In this document: piece by piece, positions 34,535 to 43,146 of the stretch | How the letters are laid out: each line of letters begins with the position of its first letter | How positions within the stretch are numbered: the stretch's first letter is position 1 | Assembly (NCBI GenBank): GCA_030601865.1 | Contig: JAUWAW010000002.1 | Span: forward strand, 7,410 to 71,409 | Length of the DNA: 64,000 nt | Direction of reading: 5' to 3' | Source of the DNA: Candidatus Nealsonbacteria bacterium | GTDB lineage: Bacteria; Patescibacteriota; Minisyncoccia; Minisyncoccales; JAUWAW01 | Notes under the pieces: model-generated | What the model was told of the DNA's origin: nothing | The model's input: the letters and a program-made list of their open reading frames with translations, nothing else | Databases searched by the model: none | Position numbers and translations under genes: made by a program

Positions 34535-35095
34535 TTATTTTTGCCGACCTTGTATTTTTTTTCGTTGGGTTAATAGTTTAACAAGGGCCTGAATAAGTTT
34601 TTTGGGTTCAGATTCAAAAATAATTTTTTCTCCTCTTCTGTGAGGTTTTCTAAGAAAGTTTTTTATAATGTCAGCCGTGCCCCCAGAGCCCTTTAATATC
34701 CCGATGGGCTTGCGGTCTTCAAAGGCAATGGTAAATTCATTTAAGGTGCCCATGCGGCCACAAATAATAACGACCGCATCAGCCGCACGCGTCATCAACA
34801 GATTTCTGCCAGAGTAATCAAAACCAGTATAGACCATAACATCAAAACAATCTAAGGGAAGCCGGTAGACCTTTCTGTGCTCTAATTCTGAAGCAGCCGG
34901 AGAAAAACCAATGCTGACACCGCCGGCCTCTTTAACAGCACGCGCTGCAAAATAAGGTGCACCGGTTGTGGCACCGGTAATTAAAACACAGTTCTGCTTG
35001 ACAATTTCTCTGCCTACCTCTCTGGCTAAATCCTTGATATTGACTGCGCAATGGTCTACTTGAGAAGCACCAGCCACAGCAATTTTATATTTCAT
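34535..35095 (-). CDS. TIGR00725/LOG-like (SLOG superfamily) Rossmann protein, paralogue 1
   Basis: ITGATTGAPYFAARAV and the GRMGTLNEF (PGGxGTxxE-like) motif. Confidence 0.7.
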   Translation of the reverse strand: MKYKIAVAGASQVDHCAVNIKDLAREVGREIVKQNCVLITGATTGAPYFAARAVKEAGGVSIGFSPAASELEHRKVYRLPLDCFDVMVYTGFDYSGRNLLMTRAADAVVIICGRMGTLNEFTIAFEDRKPIGILKGSGGTADIIKNFLRKPHRRGEKIIFESEPKKLIQALVKLLTQRKKIQGRQK

Positions 35096-35154
35096 AATTA
35101 CTGAATTTACTGAATAGGAACATTATCACATTTTAGCATCTTCTAATTTCTTTT

Positions 35155-35306
35155 TCAAACAAATAAACCCTTCGTTTTCAGAAGGATTTATTTATGAGGA
35201 GAGGAAGAATCTCAACGCTCTTGATCCCTCGAGCTAATCAGGCAATGACTAGGCAGCCGCTAAGACCTCCTTCATTAAGATTCGCTTGCCTTTACACCTC
35301 TCCTCA
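35155..35306 (-). ncRNA. Structured RNA of unknown class with its own promoter and terminator (sRNA or riboswitch-like leader)
   Basis: 10-bp closing helix UGAGGAGAGG (35306-35297) / CCUCUCCUCA (35204-35195), extended by GAAUCU/AGAUUC and enclosing about 90 nt. Immediately followed by the terminator AAAUAAAUCCUUC-ugaaaac-GAAGGGUUUAUUU + GUUUG. Confidence 0.45.
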
Positions 35307-35312
35307 ATTTTT

Positions 35313-35340
35313 ATATTAATGCTTCCAAATTGTCTGTCAA
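35313..35340 (-). promoter_or_regulatory. Sigma-70-type promoter of the structured RNA
   Basis: TTGACA (35340-35335), 16-nt spacer, TAATAT (35318-35313). The helix starts 7 nt downstream. Confidence 0.55.
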
Positions 35341-35357
35341 CCCTGGATTTTAACGGT

Positions 35358-35377
35358 TTATCCACAACTTATTCACA
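35358..35377. promoter_or_regulatory. Two tandem DnaA boxes
   Basis: TTATCCACA (35358-66), AC, TTATTCACA (35369-77). Both fit TTATNCACA and lie just upstream of the promoter. Confidence 0.45.
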
Positions 35378-35392
35378 TTTTACTTAAACTGA

Positions 35393-35464
35393 TGCCCCTA
35401 GCAGGAATCGAACCTGCACCTTGACCTCCGGAGGGTCACGTTCTATCCATTAAACTACAGGGGC
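35393..35464 (-). tRNA. tRNA-Arg (anticodon CCG)
   Basis: Acceptor GCCCCTG/TAGGGGC, D arm GTTT-AATGGATA-GAAC, anticodon arm TGACC-CTCCGGA-GGTCA, T arm GCAGG-TTCGATT-CCTGC. Confidence 0.85.
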
Positions 35465-36201
35465 TTTTCTGCTACAATATAGAAATTGGAGTTTGGGCTT
35501 TTCTCGCGGGAAACAATGATTTGGTCGCTCTTTTTTATGTTAAGCTCTACTTTCCCAATTAGTCCTTCCAGTTCTTTTTTAGTAAAACAATGAAAGTAAC
35601 ATTTGGGCAGACCTGCAAAAGGAATTATAATATCATTGGAACCACACTTCCTTTTAGGATGACTCCGCAAATTCCAAACTGTCAAAATCAACAATCCCTT
35701 GGGTCGCAGCACTCGCTTTGCTTGTCTTAGAAACTTCAACCGTAAGGCCTCTGACGGAATATGGTGCAGCACAGCAATGCTGTAAATCTTGTCAAAAAAA
35801 TTCTTGGGAAAAGGCAAATTCAAAGCGTCAGCTACCTGAAATTTTGCCTTTGGGTACTTGTTTTTAGCAATCTCAATTAATTTTTCAGAATTATCCACGC
35901 CAATATAGTCAATATCCTTGTCTTTCAAAATCTCAAAAAATCTGCCATTGCCACAGCCCAAATCCAATACTTTGTCTCCGGGGACTAAATAATCGTCAAA
36001 CAAAAACCTGAATTCGTCCCAAACTTTCTGTCTTCTGCTTGAAAATTGTTGGGCAAATTTATTATAATATTGGTAATGTTTTTTTATGTCAATTTTAGAA
36101 AAAATAATTTTAGAACTATTAAAATCTCGTGTCAAAACCCGGGCTGATTTGGATTCGTTCAAAAGAAAAGTGGCCAAAGAGTATAAAACTCCCTGCCCCA
36201 C
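35455..36201 (-). CDS. Class I SAM-dependent methyltransferase (start uncertain)
   Basis: Motif I VLDLGCGNGRF and post-I DYIGVDNS. The track start overlaps elp3 by 116 nt. A TTGACA-17-TAAAAT promoter at about 36096-36124 suggests a shorter, non-ATG-initiated product. The last 3 codons overlap the tRNA. Confidence 0.65.
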   Translation of the reverse strand: MGQGVLYSLATFLLNESKSARVLTRDFNSSKIIFSKIDIKKHYQYYNKFAQQFSSRRQKVWDEFRFLFDDYLVPGDKVLDLGCGNGRFFEILKDKDIDYIGVDNSEKLIEIAKNKYPKAKFQVADALNLPFPKNFFDKIYSIAVLHHIPSEALRLKFLRQAKRVLRPKGLLILTVWNLRSHPKRKCGSNDIIIPFAGLPKCYFHCFTKKELEGLIGKVELNIKKSDQIIVSREKSPNSNFYIVAEKPL

Positions 36202-37741
36202 TAATGTAGAATTACTTAAAACTTACCACAAATTGGTTAAAAAGAAAAGGTTGAAGAAAGACGGGGTAATAGAAAAGTTGCTTTGCACCAGGCCTATTCG
36301 TTCGCTTTCTGGCATTGTTAATGTCTCTGTTTTAACTAAGCCCTATCCCTGCCCGGGTCAATGTATTTTCTGCCCCAGCCAAAAAGGCATTCCCAAAAGT
36401 TATTTAAGGGGCGAACCTGCGGTTCAAAGGGCGATTTTAAATAAGTTTAATCCCTATTCGCAGGTCCAAACACGGCTAAAAAGTTTGCAAAAAACAGGCC
36501 ACCCAATAGACAAAATTGAATTAAGAATAATCGGTGGAACCTGGTCTTATTATCCCAAACAATATCAAACCCGGTTTGTTAAAGAATGCTTCCAAGCTTG
36601 CAACGAATTTTCTCCCCTAAAACAAATACGCCATAAGAAAGCCATGGCAGAATTACGGCGTATTAAGGAAAAGGAATTGGAAAAAGAATTGAAGAAAGAG
36701 CAAAAAGCAAACGAGAAAGCCAAGTGTCGGGTGGTTGGAATAACAATTGAAACTAGGCCAGATTATATAGATATTAAAGAAATAAAGCGGATGAGAGAAC
36801 TGGGCATAACCAGGGTGGAATTGGGGGTGCAAAGCATTTACAATGATGTTTTGAAATTAAACAAAAGGGGCCATGGCATAGAAGCGACAATTAAAGCAAC
36901 CAAACTTCTGAAAGAGTCCGGCTTTAAGGTTTCTTATCAAATGATGCCCAATTTGCCCGGCAGTACCTCCAAAAAAGACGTAAAAATGTTTGAAGAGATT
37001 TTTGAAAACCCTGATTTCCAACCCGACCTCTTGAAAATTTATCCCTTGGCCTTGCTCAAAGAAGCTCCTTTGTATAAATGGTATCAAAGAGGAAAGTTTA
37101 AACCGTATTCTGATAAAAAATTAATTAAGCTTTTAATAGAAATCAAAAAGAAAATCCCTTATTGGTGCAGAATCCAAAGGGTAATCCGGGATATTCCCTC
37201 AGCAGATATTGTTGAAGGAGGAGTTAAAATCTCAAATTTAAGAGAAGTTGTTCAAAAAGAAATGAAGAAGCAAGGATTGAAATGCAAATGCATCAGATGC
37301 CGGGAGGTGAAAAAAGATTACAACTCCCAAGAAAAATCTGTGCTTTTTCGCCAGGACTATAATGCCTCTGGCGGCAAGGAGGTATTTCTGACTTTTGAAG
37401 ATAAAAAAAGACAAAAACTCTATGCTCTGCTCCGCCTGCGCATCCCCTATCCAAAAGTGGCAAAGGACAGTCCTCTGCCAATTCTGAAGGATGCGGCGAT
37501 AATTAGGGAGGTTCATACTTATGGTCAACTCCTACCCATTCAACACAGAGATAGGACGAAAATAGGACAGTCGCCTCAACATAAGGGGTTAGGCAAAAAA
37601 CTGATTAAGCAGGGAGAAGAAATCGCCAAACAAGAGTTTGGCACAAAAAAAATAGCCGTCATCTCCGGCGTGGGAGTCAGGGCATATTACAGAAAACTCG
37701 GCTATCACCTGAAGGATACTTATATGATTAAAAAACTGTAA
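36086..37741 (+). CDS. elp3: Elp3-type radical SAM/GNAT tRNA U34 modification enzyme
   Basis: Radical-SAM cluster region PCPGQCIFCPS, VVGITIETRPD, RVELGVQS, and C-terminal GNAT QHKGLGKKLIKQGEEIA. Confidence 0.85.
   Translation: MSILEKIILELLKSRVKTRADLDSFKRKVAKEYKTPCPTNVELLKTYHKLVKKKRLKKDGVIEKLLCTRPIRSLSGIVNVSVLTKPYPCPGQCIFCPSQKGIPKSYLRGEPAVQRAILNKFNPYSQVQTRLKSLQKTGHPIDKIELRIIGGTWSYYPKQYQTRFVKECFQACNEFSPLKQIRHKKAMAELRRIKEKELEKELKKEQKANEKAKCRVVGITIETRPDYIDIKEIKRMRELGITRVELGVQSIYNDVLKLNKRGHGIEATIKATKLLKESGFKVSYQMMPNLPGSTSKKDVKMFEEIFENPDFQPDLLKIYPLALLKEAPLYKWYQRGKFKPYSDKKLIKLLIEIKKKIPYWCRIQRVIRDIPSADIVEGGVKISNLREVVQKEMKKQGLKCKCIRCREVKKDYNSQEKSVLFRQDYNASGGKEVFLTFEDKKRQKLYALLRLRIPYPKVAKDSPLPILKDAAIIREVHTYGQLLPIQHRDRTKIGQSPQHKGLGKKLIKQGEEIAKQEFGTKKIAVISGVGVRAYYRKLGYHLKDTYMIKKL
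36625..36664. repeat. AATACGCC palindrome, copy C3, in frame in elp3
   Basis: AATACGCCATAAGAAAGCCATGGCAGAATTACGGCGTATT, translated as IRHKKAMAELRRI. Confidence 0.75.
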
Positions 37742-37805
37742 AAAAAAAGAATTGCCTGCTTCATTCACAAAGCAGGCAGATTTTTGTTTGAGAATTGGGA
37801 AAGAC

Positions 37806-38540
37806 CTATAGATGTTCCTTCAGCCAAGCCAGAGAATGCTTAATCAATTCGTCCTTGGCTTGATGGCTTTCGAAATTATGCTCTGCGTCTTTGACATAAA
37901 AACTACGCTCCCAAGCACCAAGCTTTTCACATACATCTCTAACAAATTCTGATGGAACATCTTTGTCAACAGAACCATGGATAACCAAAGTAGCAGTATG
38001 CACTAAGGCAACCTTCTTCAACCAATCATAGTTTAGGGCCTCCTTAAAATACTGCCAGCCAACTCTGCCTTTTGGGGTGTCCAAATAGCCCTGTTTGCTA
38101 CACAAAGCTATTTCATCTTCGCTGTACCACTGTCTTATCAATTCTCTCTGCTGAATGGCCGGTGAAATCAAGATTAGAGGCCCTGTTTTGCGCAATCTAA
38201 GATGGAGCAAAATCGCAATTAATGCCCCAATGCTATGGCCTATTAAAACAACCTTCTCGCTACTCATTCTTTGAGATGTTATAAGGCTATCAAAGGCCTC
38301 TTCTGCGTCAGAGAGGAATTGGATAATATTCGCCTCCTGAGATGCCTTTACTGACTCACCATGACCGGTAAAATCAAACCTCAAAGTAGAGTCAACAACG
38401 CCAGCATTCATTAATGCTTTTGAGAGCTCCACTAAAGGCCTGTGCGATTTTGACTTGCCCCAGCCATGCATTATTAAGGCAGTCGATCTTCTATCCATTT
38501 TCTCCTCCTTTTTGTTTTTACTTTCTTTTGTTAAGCTCAT
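37806..38540 (-). CDS. Alpha/beta hydrolase
   Basis: Nucleophile elbow GHSIGA, with an HGW..S N-terminal oxyanion region and a C-terminal His. Confidence 0.7.
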   Translation of the reverse strand: MSLTKESKNKKEEKMDRRSTALIMHGWGKSKSHRPLVELSKALMNAGVVDSTLRFDFTGHGESVKASQEANIIQFLSDAEEAFDSLITSQRMSSEKVVLIGHSIGALIAILLHLRLRKTGPLILISPAIQQRELIRQWYSEDEIALCSKQGYLDTPKGRVGWQYFKEALNYDWLKKVALVHTATLVIHGSVDKDVPSEFVRDVCEKLGAWERSFYVKDAEHNFESHQAKDELIKHSLAWLKEHL

Positions 38541-39093
38541 TGATTACTTTTTCAACCAAAGCTTTCGGGTCAGGGTCTAAAACCAAAACAGCGCCAGTAT
38601 CTTTTTGGATGGTCTCAGCAATCCCAAGCAATTTTTCTGAAATCCCGCCCGTACCTTCCAAAATGCCGATAACCTTGCCTCTTTGATAAGCAGAAGCAAA
38701 CTCGTTCAGGGTGCCAGCAGAGCCAGCACAAAAAATTACTGCATCGCAGTTCATAATAGCAAGAACAATGCGGCCTTCCCTGCCCATTCCCGTAAAAATG
38801 AGATTAGTTCCTTCGGGAGGCAGAGGATAACTAATAGGTGGCTCTGTGTGTCCTTTCAAGTCAGAAGCAGGCGAAAATCCAAGAACTATACCTTCTTCCT
38901 CTCTGGCCCCAACAGCTGCCTCATGAGGTGTACCCATGCAAGCGCCCGTTATCAGAATACAGCCGCTCTTTGCCACTTCTCGACCAAGCTCTCTTGCTTT
39001 TTGTAAAAGAACAGGGGGCAACTCCTTGCCCCTTCCAGCGCTACCCATAAATCCAATTCTGCAATACATTTTGCTCCTCCTTCCTTTTGGCAT
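38518..39093 (-). CDS. TIGR00725/LOG-like (SLOG superfamily) Rossmann protein, paralogue 2
   Basis: ITGACMGTPHEAAVGA and GSAGTLNEF. 23-nt overlap with the hydrolase gene. Confidence 0.7.
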   Translation of the reverse strand: MPKGRRSKMYCRIGFMGSAGRGKELPPVLLQKARELGREVAKSGCILITGACMGTPHEAAVGAREEEGIVLGFSPASDLKGHTEPPISYPLPPEGTNLIFTGMGREGRIVLAIMNCDAVIFCAGSAGTLNEFASAYQRGKVIGILEGTGGISEKLLGIAETIQKDTGAVLVLDPDPKALVEKVINELNKRK

Positions 39094-39398
39094 TGCTTTG
39101 ACGAAGATACCTTACCAGAATTTTAACCTTTTGTCAAACTCTGTTTCAATCTGCTCCGATCGGAGTAATTTGAAACGCTTTACCAAAAAATAAAAATGTT
39201 TAAAACTCACGATCGTGAGTTATTTAAACAAAGAAAAATATAATAGCCGTCCCGCAAGGAACGGCGGATAAGTTCACTGAGAGAAAATGCCTCCAGTAAA
39301 ACCGATTTTCCCTCTGTTTGCTGCTTCATTACAATTGCCCCCTTTCTGTTCTATGAGGTTTCTCTTTCTTCACAAATTGGTAAAGTTCTAATCTCCTG

Positions 39399-39471
39399 CG
39401 GCCCCAATCGGATTTGAACCGGTGTTACGTGGATGAGAACCACGCGTCCTAAGCCACTAGACGATGGGGCC
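39399..39471 (-). tRNA. tRNA-Glu (anticodon CUC)
   Basis: Acceptor GGCCCCA/TGGGGCC, D arm GTCT-AGTGGCTTA-GGAC, anticodon arm CGTGG-TTCTCAT-CCACG, T arm ACCGG-TTCAAAT-CCGAT (one C-A mismatch). Confidence 0.8.
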
Positions 39472-39537
39472 ACGTCAAAGAACAGAAAACAGAAAACAGG
39501 ATAAGAATGTTCATTGTTTACTGTTCATTGTTTTACC

Positions 39538-41649
39538 CTATTCCTTGCGTAAATTCAAGGCCCAGTCAAGGATGGCCTGCTCCCAGGCCTTGTATTGAGA
39601 ATCGAGTTTAGGGTTTGAAGGTACGGGGCCTTGGGGGTCATCTTTTCTAATAAAATGTAGTATTGAATGACCCGCATATTTGCCGTTCAAAACTGGTTTA
39701 TCAGTTAAAATGGGTTCTGGTTTTTCAAAATTTTCTTTGGGATATCTCAATAAAACTTTTCTCATAAATCTGTTCCAGATGGGACCGGCTAAGAGGAAGG
39801 CGGCTTTTCCTCCCATGGGCGTGGCATCATTGTTGCCAACCCAAACCCCGGTCACAATAGAAGGACTGTAACCAATAGTCCAGGCATCCTTACAATTCTC
39901 GGGAGTACCTGTTTTTACTGCTATCTGATAACCATCAATGAAAAGAGCAGAATAATAGCCAAACATGGGGGCCCGAGCTTCGTTATCTGAGAGGAGATCA
40001 TTAATTAAACGGCAATGCTGAACATTCAAAACCCTTCTCGGGGTCTTTTTATTTTCTTCAATAATATTCCCTTGAGAATCTTCAATCTTAACAATGGCTG
40101 TGGGGGAAATTGATAATCCCTCAAAGGCAAAAACCCCATAGGCGGAAACCATATCTATTAATTTCACTGACCCTCCTCCCAAAACCAGGGAAAGCCCATA
40201 GGAAGAAGGGGCTTGCTCCAAAGTAGTAATTCCCAAAGTCCTGGCTAAATTAATTGTCTCAGCAATACCGGCTAAATAAAGAACTTTTACCGAAGGCACA
40301 TTTATGGACTGGGCTAAGGCCTGACGTATGGTTAGAGGCCCCCTAAATTTTCCGTCGTAATTTTCCGGAGTGTAAGGTTCGGCACCCTCGACACCAAAGT
40401 TAGTTTTAACGTCCCATAAGATAGTGTCTGGAGTGTAACCTTTCTGAAAAGCCCGCGTGTAGGCAAAGGGTTTGAAAGCAGAGCCGGGCTGGCGCGGCTG
40501 AAGAGCCACATTGATTTTAGGATCAAATAAACAATTCAGGCCGGGTGTGCAGCCTGAGGGCTCAGATTCTTCGCTAAACCAGTTTTTTGAACCAACCATG
40601 GCTAAAATCTCTCCTTTTTTGGGGTCAATGGCCACCAAAGCAGCATTAAAAGCATTATCGTCTTCGTTCGCTTCAGCACCTTCCCTGATCACTTCTTCGG
40701 CTAATTCCTGAAGTTCCCAATCTAAAGAGGTAAAAACCCTGAATCCTTTTTCTTTTAAGAAATCTTCCCCGTACTTGTTAATAAGGAGCCCTCTAACATA
40801 CATAACAAAATGAGGGGCTTTAATGGGTTGCAAGATTTTGGCAAATTTTAATTCTTCGGCTTTTGCCTCCTCGGCTTGTTCTTTGCTAATGTAATGCTCA
40901 CCAGCCATACGGTCTAAAACATAATCTTTTCTGGCAAAAAGTTCAGCTTGGTGCTGGCCATAAGGAGAAAGATAAGAGGGCTTTTGAATTAAAGAGGCCA
41001 AAAGGGCTGCCTCGGCTAAAGAGATATCTTGAACTGGCTTGCTGAAAAATGTCTGAGCCGCTGCCTCCGCTCCATAGGCATTGGAACCAAAGGGCACCTG
41101 ATTGAGATACCATTCCAGAATTTCCTTTTTGGAATAACGTCGGGATAATTCTAAACTTAAAATAATTTCTCGTATTTTTCTTTTAATTGTTTTTTCTCTG
41201 GTTAGAAAAGAAGACCTAATCAACTGCTGAGGAATGGTAGAGGCGCCCTGGGCCGGGCTCCATAACTTTAAATCAGCCATCAGGGCTCGAAACATTGCTC
41301 TAATATCCAAACCAAAATGGTTGTAAAAATTGGCATCTTCAACAGCGATAATCGCCTGCTTCAAACGTTCAGGTATAATTTCCAAGGGCACGACCGTCCG
41401 CTTTTCTTCCCCATACATTTCGTATAAAAGAACTTGGCCTGACCGGTCATAAATTTTAGTTGACTGGGCAAACTGTCTCTCAGCAAATTTCTCTGGCCGG
41501 GGCAGGTCCCGGGCATAATAAACAAACAAAAAGGAAACTCCGGCCAAAAGCAAAAAAACCATCAGTCCCAAAAACTTGAAAGCTGAAAAAACTTTTGTTT
41601 TTGCCTTGGGTTTTTGATATATTTTACGGTAGTATTTTCTTTGAGCCAT
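39538..41649 (-). CDS. Class A penicillin-binding protein (PBP1A-type transglycosylase/transpeptidase)
   Basis: GT51 motifs EDANFYNHFG and RKIREIILSLELSRRYSKKEILEWYLN. Transpeptidase SxxK (GSAFKPF) and KTGT. N-terminal TM helix. Confidence 0.88.
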   Translation of the reverse strand: MAQRKYYRKIYQKPKAKTKVFSAFKFLGLMVFLLLAGVSFLFVYYARDLPRPEKFAERQFAQSTKIYDRSGQVLLYEMYGEEKRTVVPLEIIPERLKQAIIAVEDANFYNHFGLDIRAMFRALMADLKLWSPAQGASTIPQQLIRSSFLTREKTIKRKIREIILSLELSRRYSKKEILEWYLNQVPFGSNAYGAEAAAQTFFSKPVQDISLAEAALLASLIQKPSYLSPYGQHQAELFARKDYVLDRMAGEHYISKEQAEEAKAEELKFAKILQPIKAPHFVMYVRGLLINKYGEDFLKEKGFRVFTSLDWELQELAEEVIREGAEANEDDNAFNAALVAIDPKKGEILAMVGSKNWFSEESEPSGCTPGLNCLFDPKINVALQPRQPGSAFKPFAYTRAFQKGYTPDTILWDVKTNFGVEGAEPYTPENYDGKFRGPLTIRQALAQSINVPSVKVLYLAGIAETINLARTLGITTLEQAPSSYGLSLVLGGGSVKLIDMVSAYGVFAFEGLSISPTAIVKIEDSQGNIIEENKKTPRRVLNVQHCRLINDLLSDNEARAPMFGYYSALFIDGYQIAVKTGTPENCKDAWTIGYSPSIVTGVWVGNNDATPMGGKAAFLLAGPIWNRFMRKVLLRYPKENFEKPEPILTDKPVLNGKYAGHSILHFIRKDDPQGPVPSNPKLDSQYKAWEQAILDWALNLRKE

Positions 41650-41707
41650 ATTTCTACCTTACAACTTTTCTTTGATTTTTTCAACAAAAAATGCTAAACT
41701 GAAAGCA

Positions 41708-42883
41708 ATGTCAACAAAGACCCCAAAAATTGAACAGGTGCTGACCAGAGGTGTGGAAAAGATTTTGCCAAGCAAAGAGGGGTTAGCCAACTTGATGAAA
41801 AAGAAGAAAATTCGTCTTTATCTGGGCATTGACCCAACCTCGCCGGAGCTCCATCTTGGTCATAGCATCCCTCTAAGAAAACTTAAGCAGTTTCAGGATT
41901 TGGGCCATGAAGTAATTCTTTTATTTGGCACCTTTACTGCCCAAATTGGCGACCCTTCTGGCAAAGATGAAACAAGAAAACCTCTTAGCTCAGCCCAAAT
42001 CAAAAAGAATATGGCTGATTACAAAAAACAGGCCGCAAAGATTCTTGATTTTTCCAAAGTAAAAATTAAACACAATGCTGACTGGCTTGCCAAATTCAGC
42101 CATAAAAAAGTTCTGGAAGTTGCCTCTCATATTACCGTCAGCCGTTTACTGGAAAGGGATATGTTCCAAAGACGGCTTAAACAAGGCAAAGAGGTCTGGC
42201 CTCATGAACTCCTATACCCCTTGATGCAGGGCTATGATTCAGTGGCAATGGATGTTGATTTAGAAGTGGGCGCCACTGACCAACTGTTTAATATGATAAT
42301 TGGCAGAAAGCTTCAGAAGATTTACAACAAAAAAGAGAAATTTGTCCTAACTACACCCATGTTGGTCGGACTTGACGGCCGAAAGATGAGCAAGACCTAT
42401 GGCAATACTGTTAATTTGACTGACCCAGCCAACGAGATGTATGGCAAGATTATGTCGCTTCGTGATGAACTAATAATGCAGTATTTTAAGTTATGTACTG
42501 ATATATCCCTGGCTAAAATCAAAAAACTGGAACACCCGCGAGACCTGAAAGCAAGACTGGCTAGCGAAATAGTTGCTATGTATCACAGCAAAACTGCTGC
42601 GGCAAAAGCAGAAAAAGAATTTAATAGAGTTTTTAAGGAGAGAAAATTACCGCAAGTCCTGCCCAAAATTTCAATCAAAAAAAAGGAGATGAATATTCTT
42701 GAATTGTTGACTAAAACCAAATTGGCCTCTTCTAAATCTGAGGCCAAGCGATTGGTTTTGCAAAAAGGGGTTAAGATTGATGGCCAGAAGCAAAAAGATT
42801 GGCAAAAAGCTGTAAAAATCAAAAAGGGTATGGTAATTCAGAAAGGAAAAAGAAAGTTTGTAAAGATTAGTTGCTCATTCTAA
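41708..42883 (+). CDS. tyrS: Tyrosyl-tRNA synthetase
   Basis: HIGH-type ELHLGHSIPL, KMSKT, C-terminal S4 domain. The ATG at 41708 is preferred. Confidence 0.9.
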   Translation: MSTKTPKIEQVLTRGVEKILPSKEGLANLMKKKKIRLYLGIDPTSPELHLGHSIPLRKLKQFQDLGHEVILLFGTFTAQIGDPSGKDETRKPLSSAQIKKNMADYKKQAAKILDFSKVKIKHNADWLAKFSHKKVLEVASHITVSRLLERDMFQRRLKQGKEVWPHELLYPLMQGYDSVAMDVDLEVGATDQLFNMIIGRKLQKIYNKKEKFVLTTPMLVGLDGRKMSKTYGNTVNLTDPANEMYGKIMSLRDELIMQYFKLCTDISLAKIKKLEHPRDLKARLASEIVAMYHSKTAAAKAEKEFNRVFKERKLPQVLPKISIKKKEMNILELLTKTKLASSKSEAKRLVLQKGVKIDGQKQKDWQKAVKIKKGMVIQKGKRKFVKISCSF

Positions 42884-42906
42884 AACCCCGGCTTCGCCGG
42901 GGTTTT
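42882..42906 (+). terminator. Rho-independent terminator of tyrS
   Basis: AAAACCCCGGCttcGCCGGGGTTTT (GCTTCGC/GCGAAGC apex). Confidence 0.75.
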
Positions 42907-42914
42907 AGGATAAA

Positions 42915-43058
42915 TTACACTTCAGATTCTCCTTCGCCTTCACCCTTTTTCTCTTCGCCTTCTCCGCCTTCGCTCTCTTCTCCTTCAGGTTTTTCTTCTT
43001 TTGCTTCTCCTTCTTCTTCTTGACAAACAAAAGGTGTTAAAACTTTTTCGTAAATCAT
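42915..43058 (-). CDS. Possible 47-aa highly acidic peptide (not in track)
   Basis: MIYEKVLTPFVCQEEEGEAKEEKPEGEESEGGEGEEKKGEGEGESEV. Low complexity with no clear SD. Confidence 0.2.
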   Translation of the reverse strand: MIYEKVLTPFVCQEEEGEAKEEKPEGEESEGGEGEEKKGEGEGESEV

Positions 43059-43146
43059 AATTATAGAGTAAAACTATTTAATTAAAAGGATCGCTTGTTC
43101 TCGACCTTTAAGTCCTAAAACTATTATAAGGACTCAAAGAAGCGTG

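Noticed and set aside
35195-35306. Plus-strand resemblance to a fluoride (crcB) riboswitch: AACGCUC..GAGCUAAU..AUGAC
   Set aside because: The conserved 3' CCUAC and the pseudoknot partner are absent, and extra nucleotides interrupt the GCUAAUGA core. No plus-strand gene follows. The promoter and terminator are on the minus strand.
35195-35306. SRP (4.5S) RNA, glycine, Mn2+ (yybP), M-box and c-di-GMP-I assignments for the 112-nt structured element
   Set aside because: There is no GNRA-capped helix 8 with the CAGG.../...AGCA loop pair on the minus strand. Only short chance matches (GGAGAG, GGCAA) to the other consensus sequences were seen. The element is left as an unknown class.
39207-39329. 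40-aa minus-strand ORF with an AAGGGGG Shine-Dalgarno (MKQQTEGKSVLLEAFSLSELIRRSLRDGYYIFLCLNNSRS) between tRNA-Glu and the SLOG paralogue
   Set aside because: Its 3' half runs through a terminator-like hairpin (CCGTTCCTTGCGGGACGG) and the CTCACGATCGTGAG palindrome, so most of the peptide would be repeat-encoded. It may still be a shorter real peptide, but that is not supportable from sequence alone.
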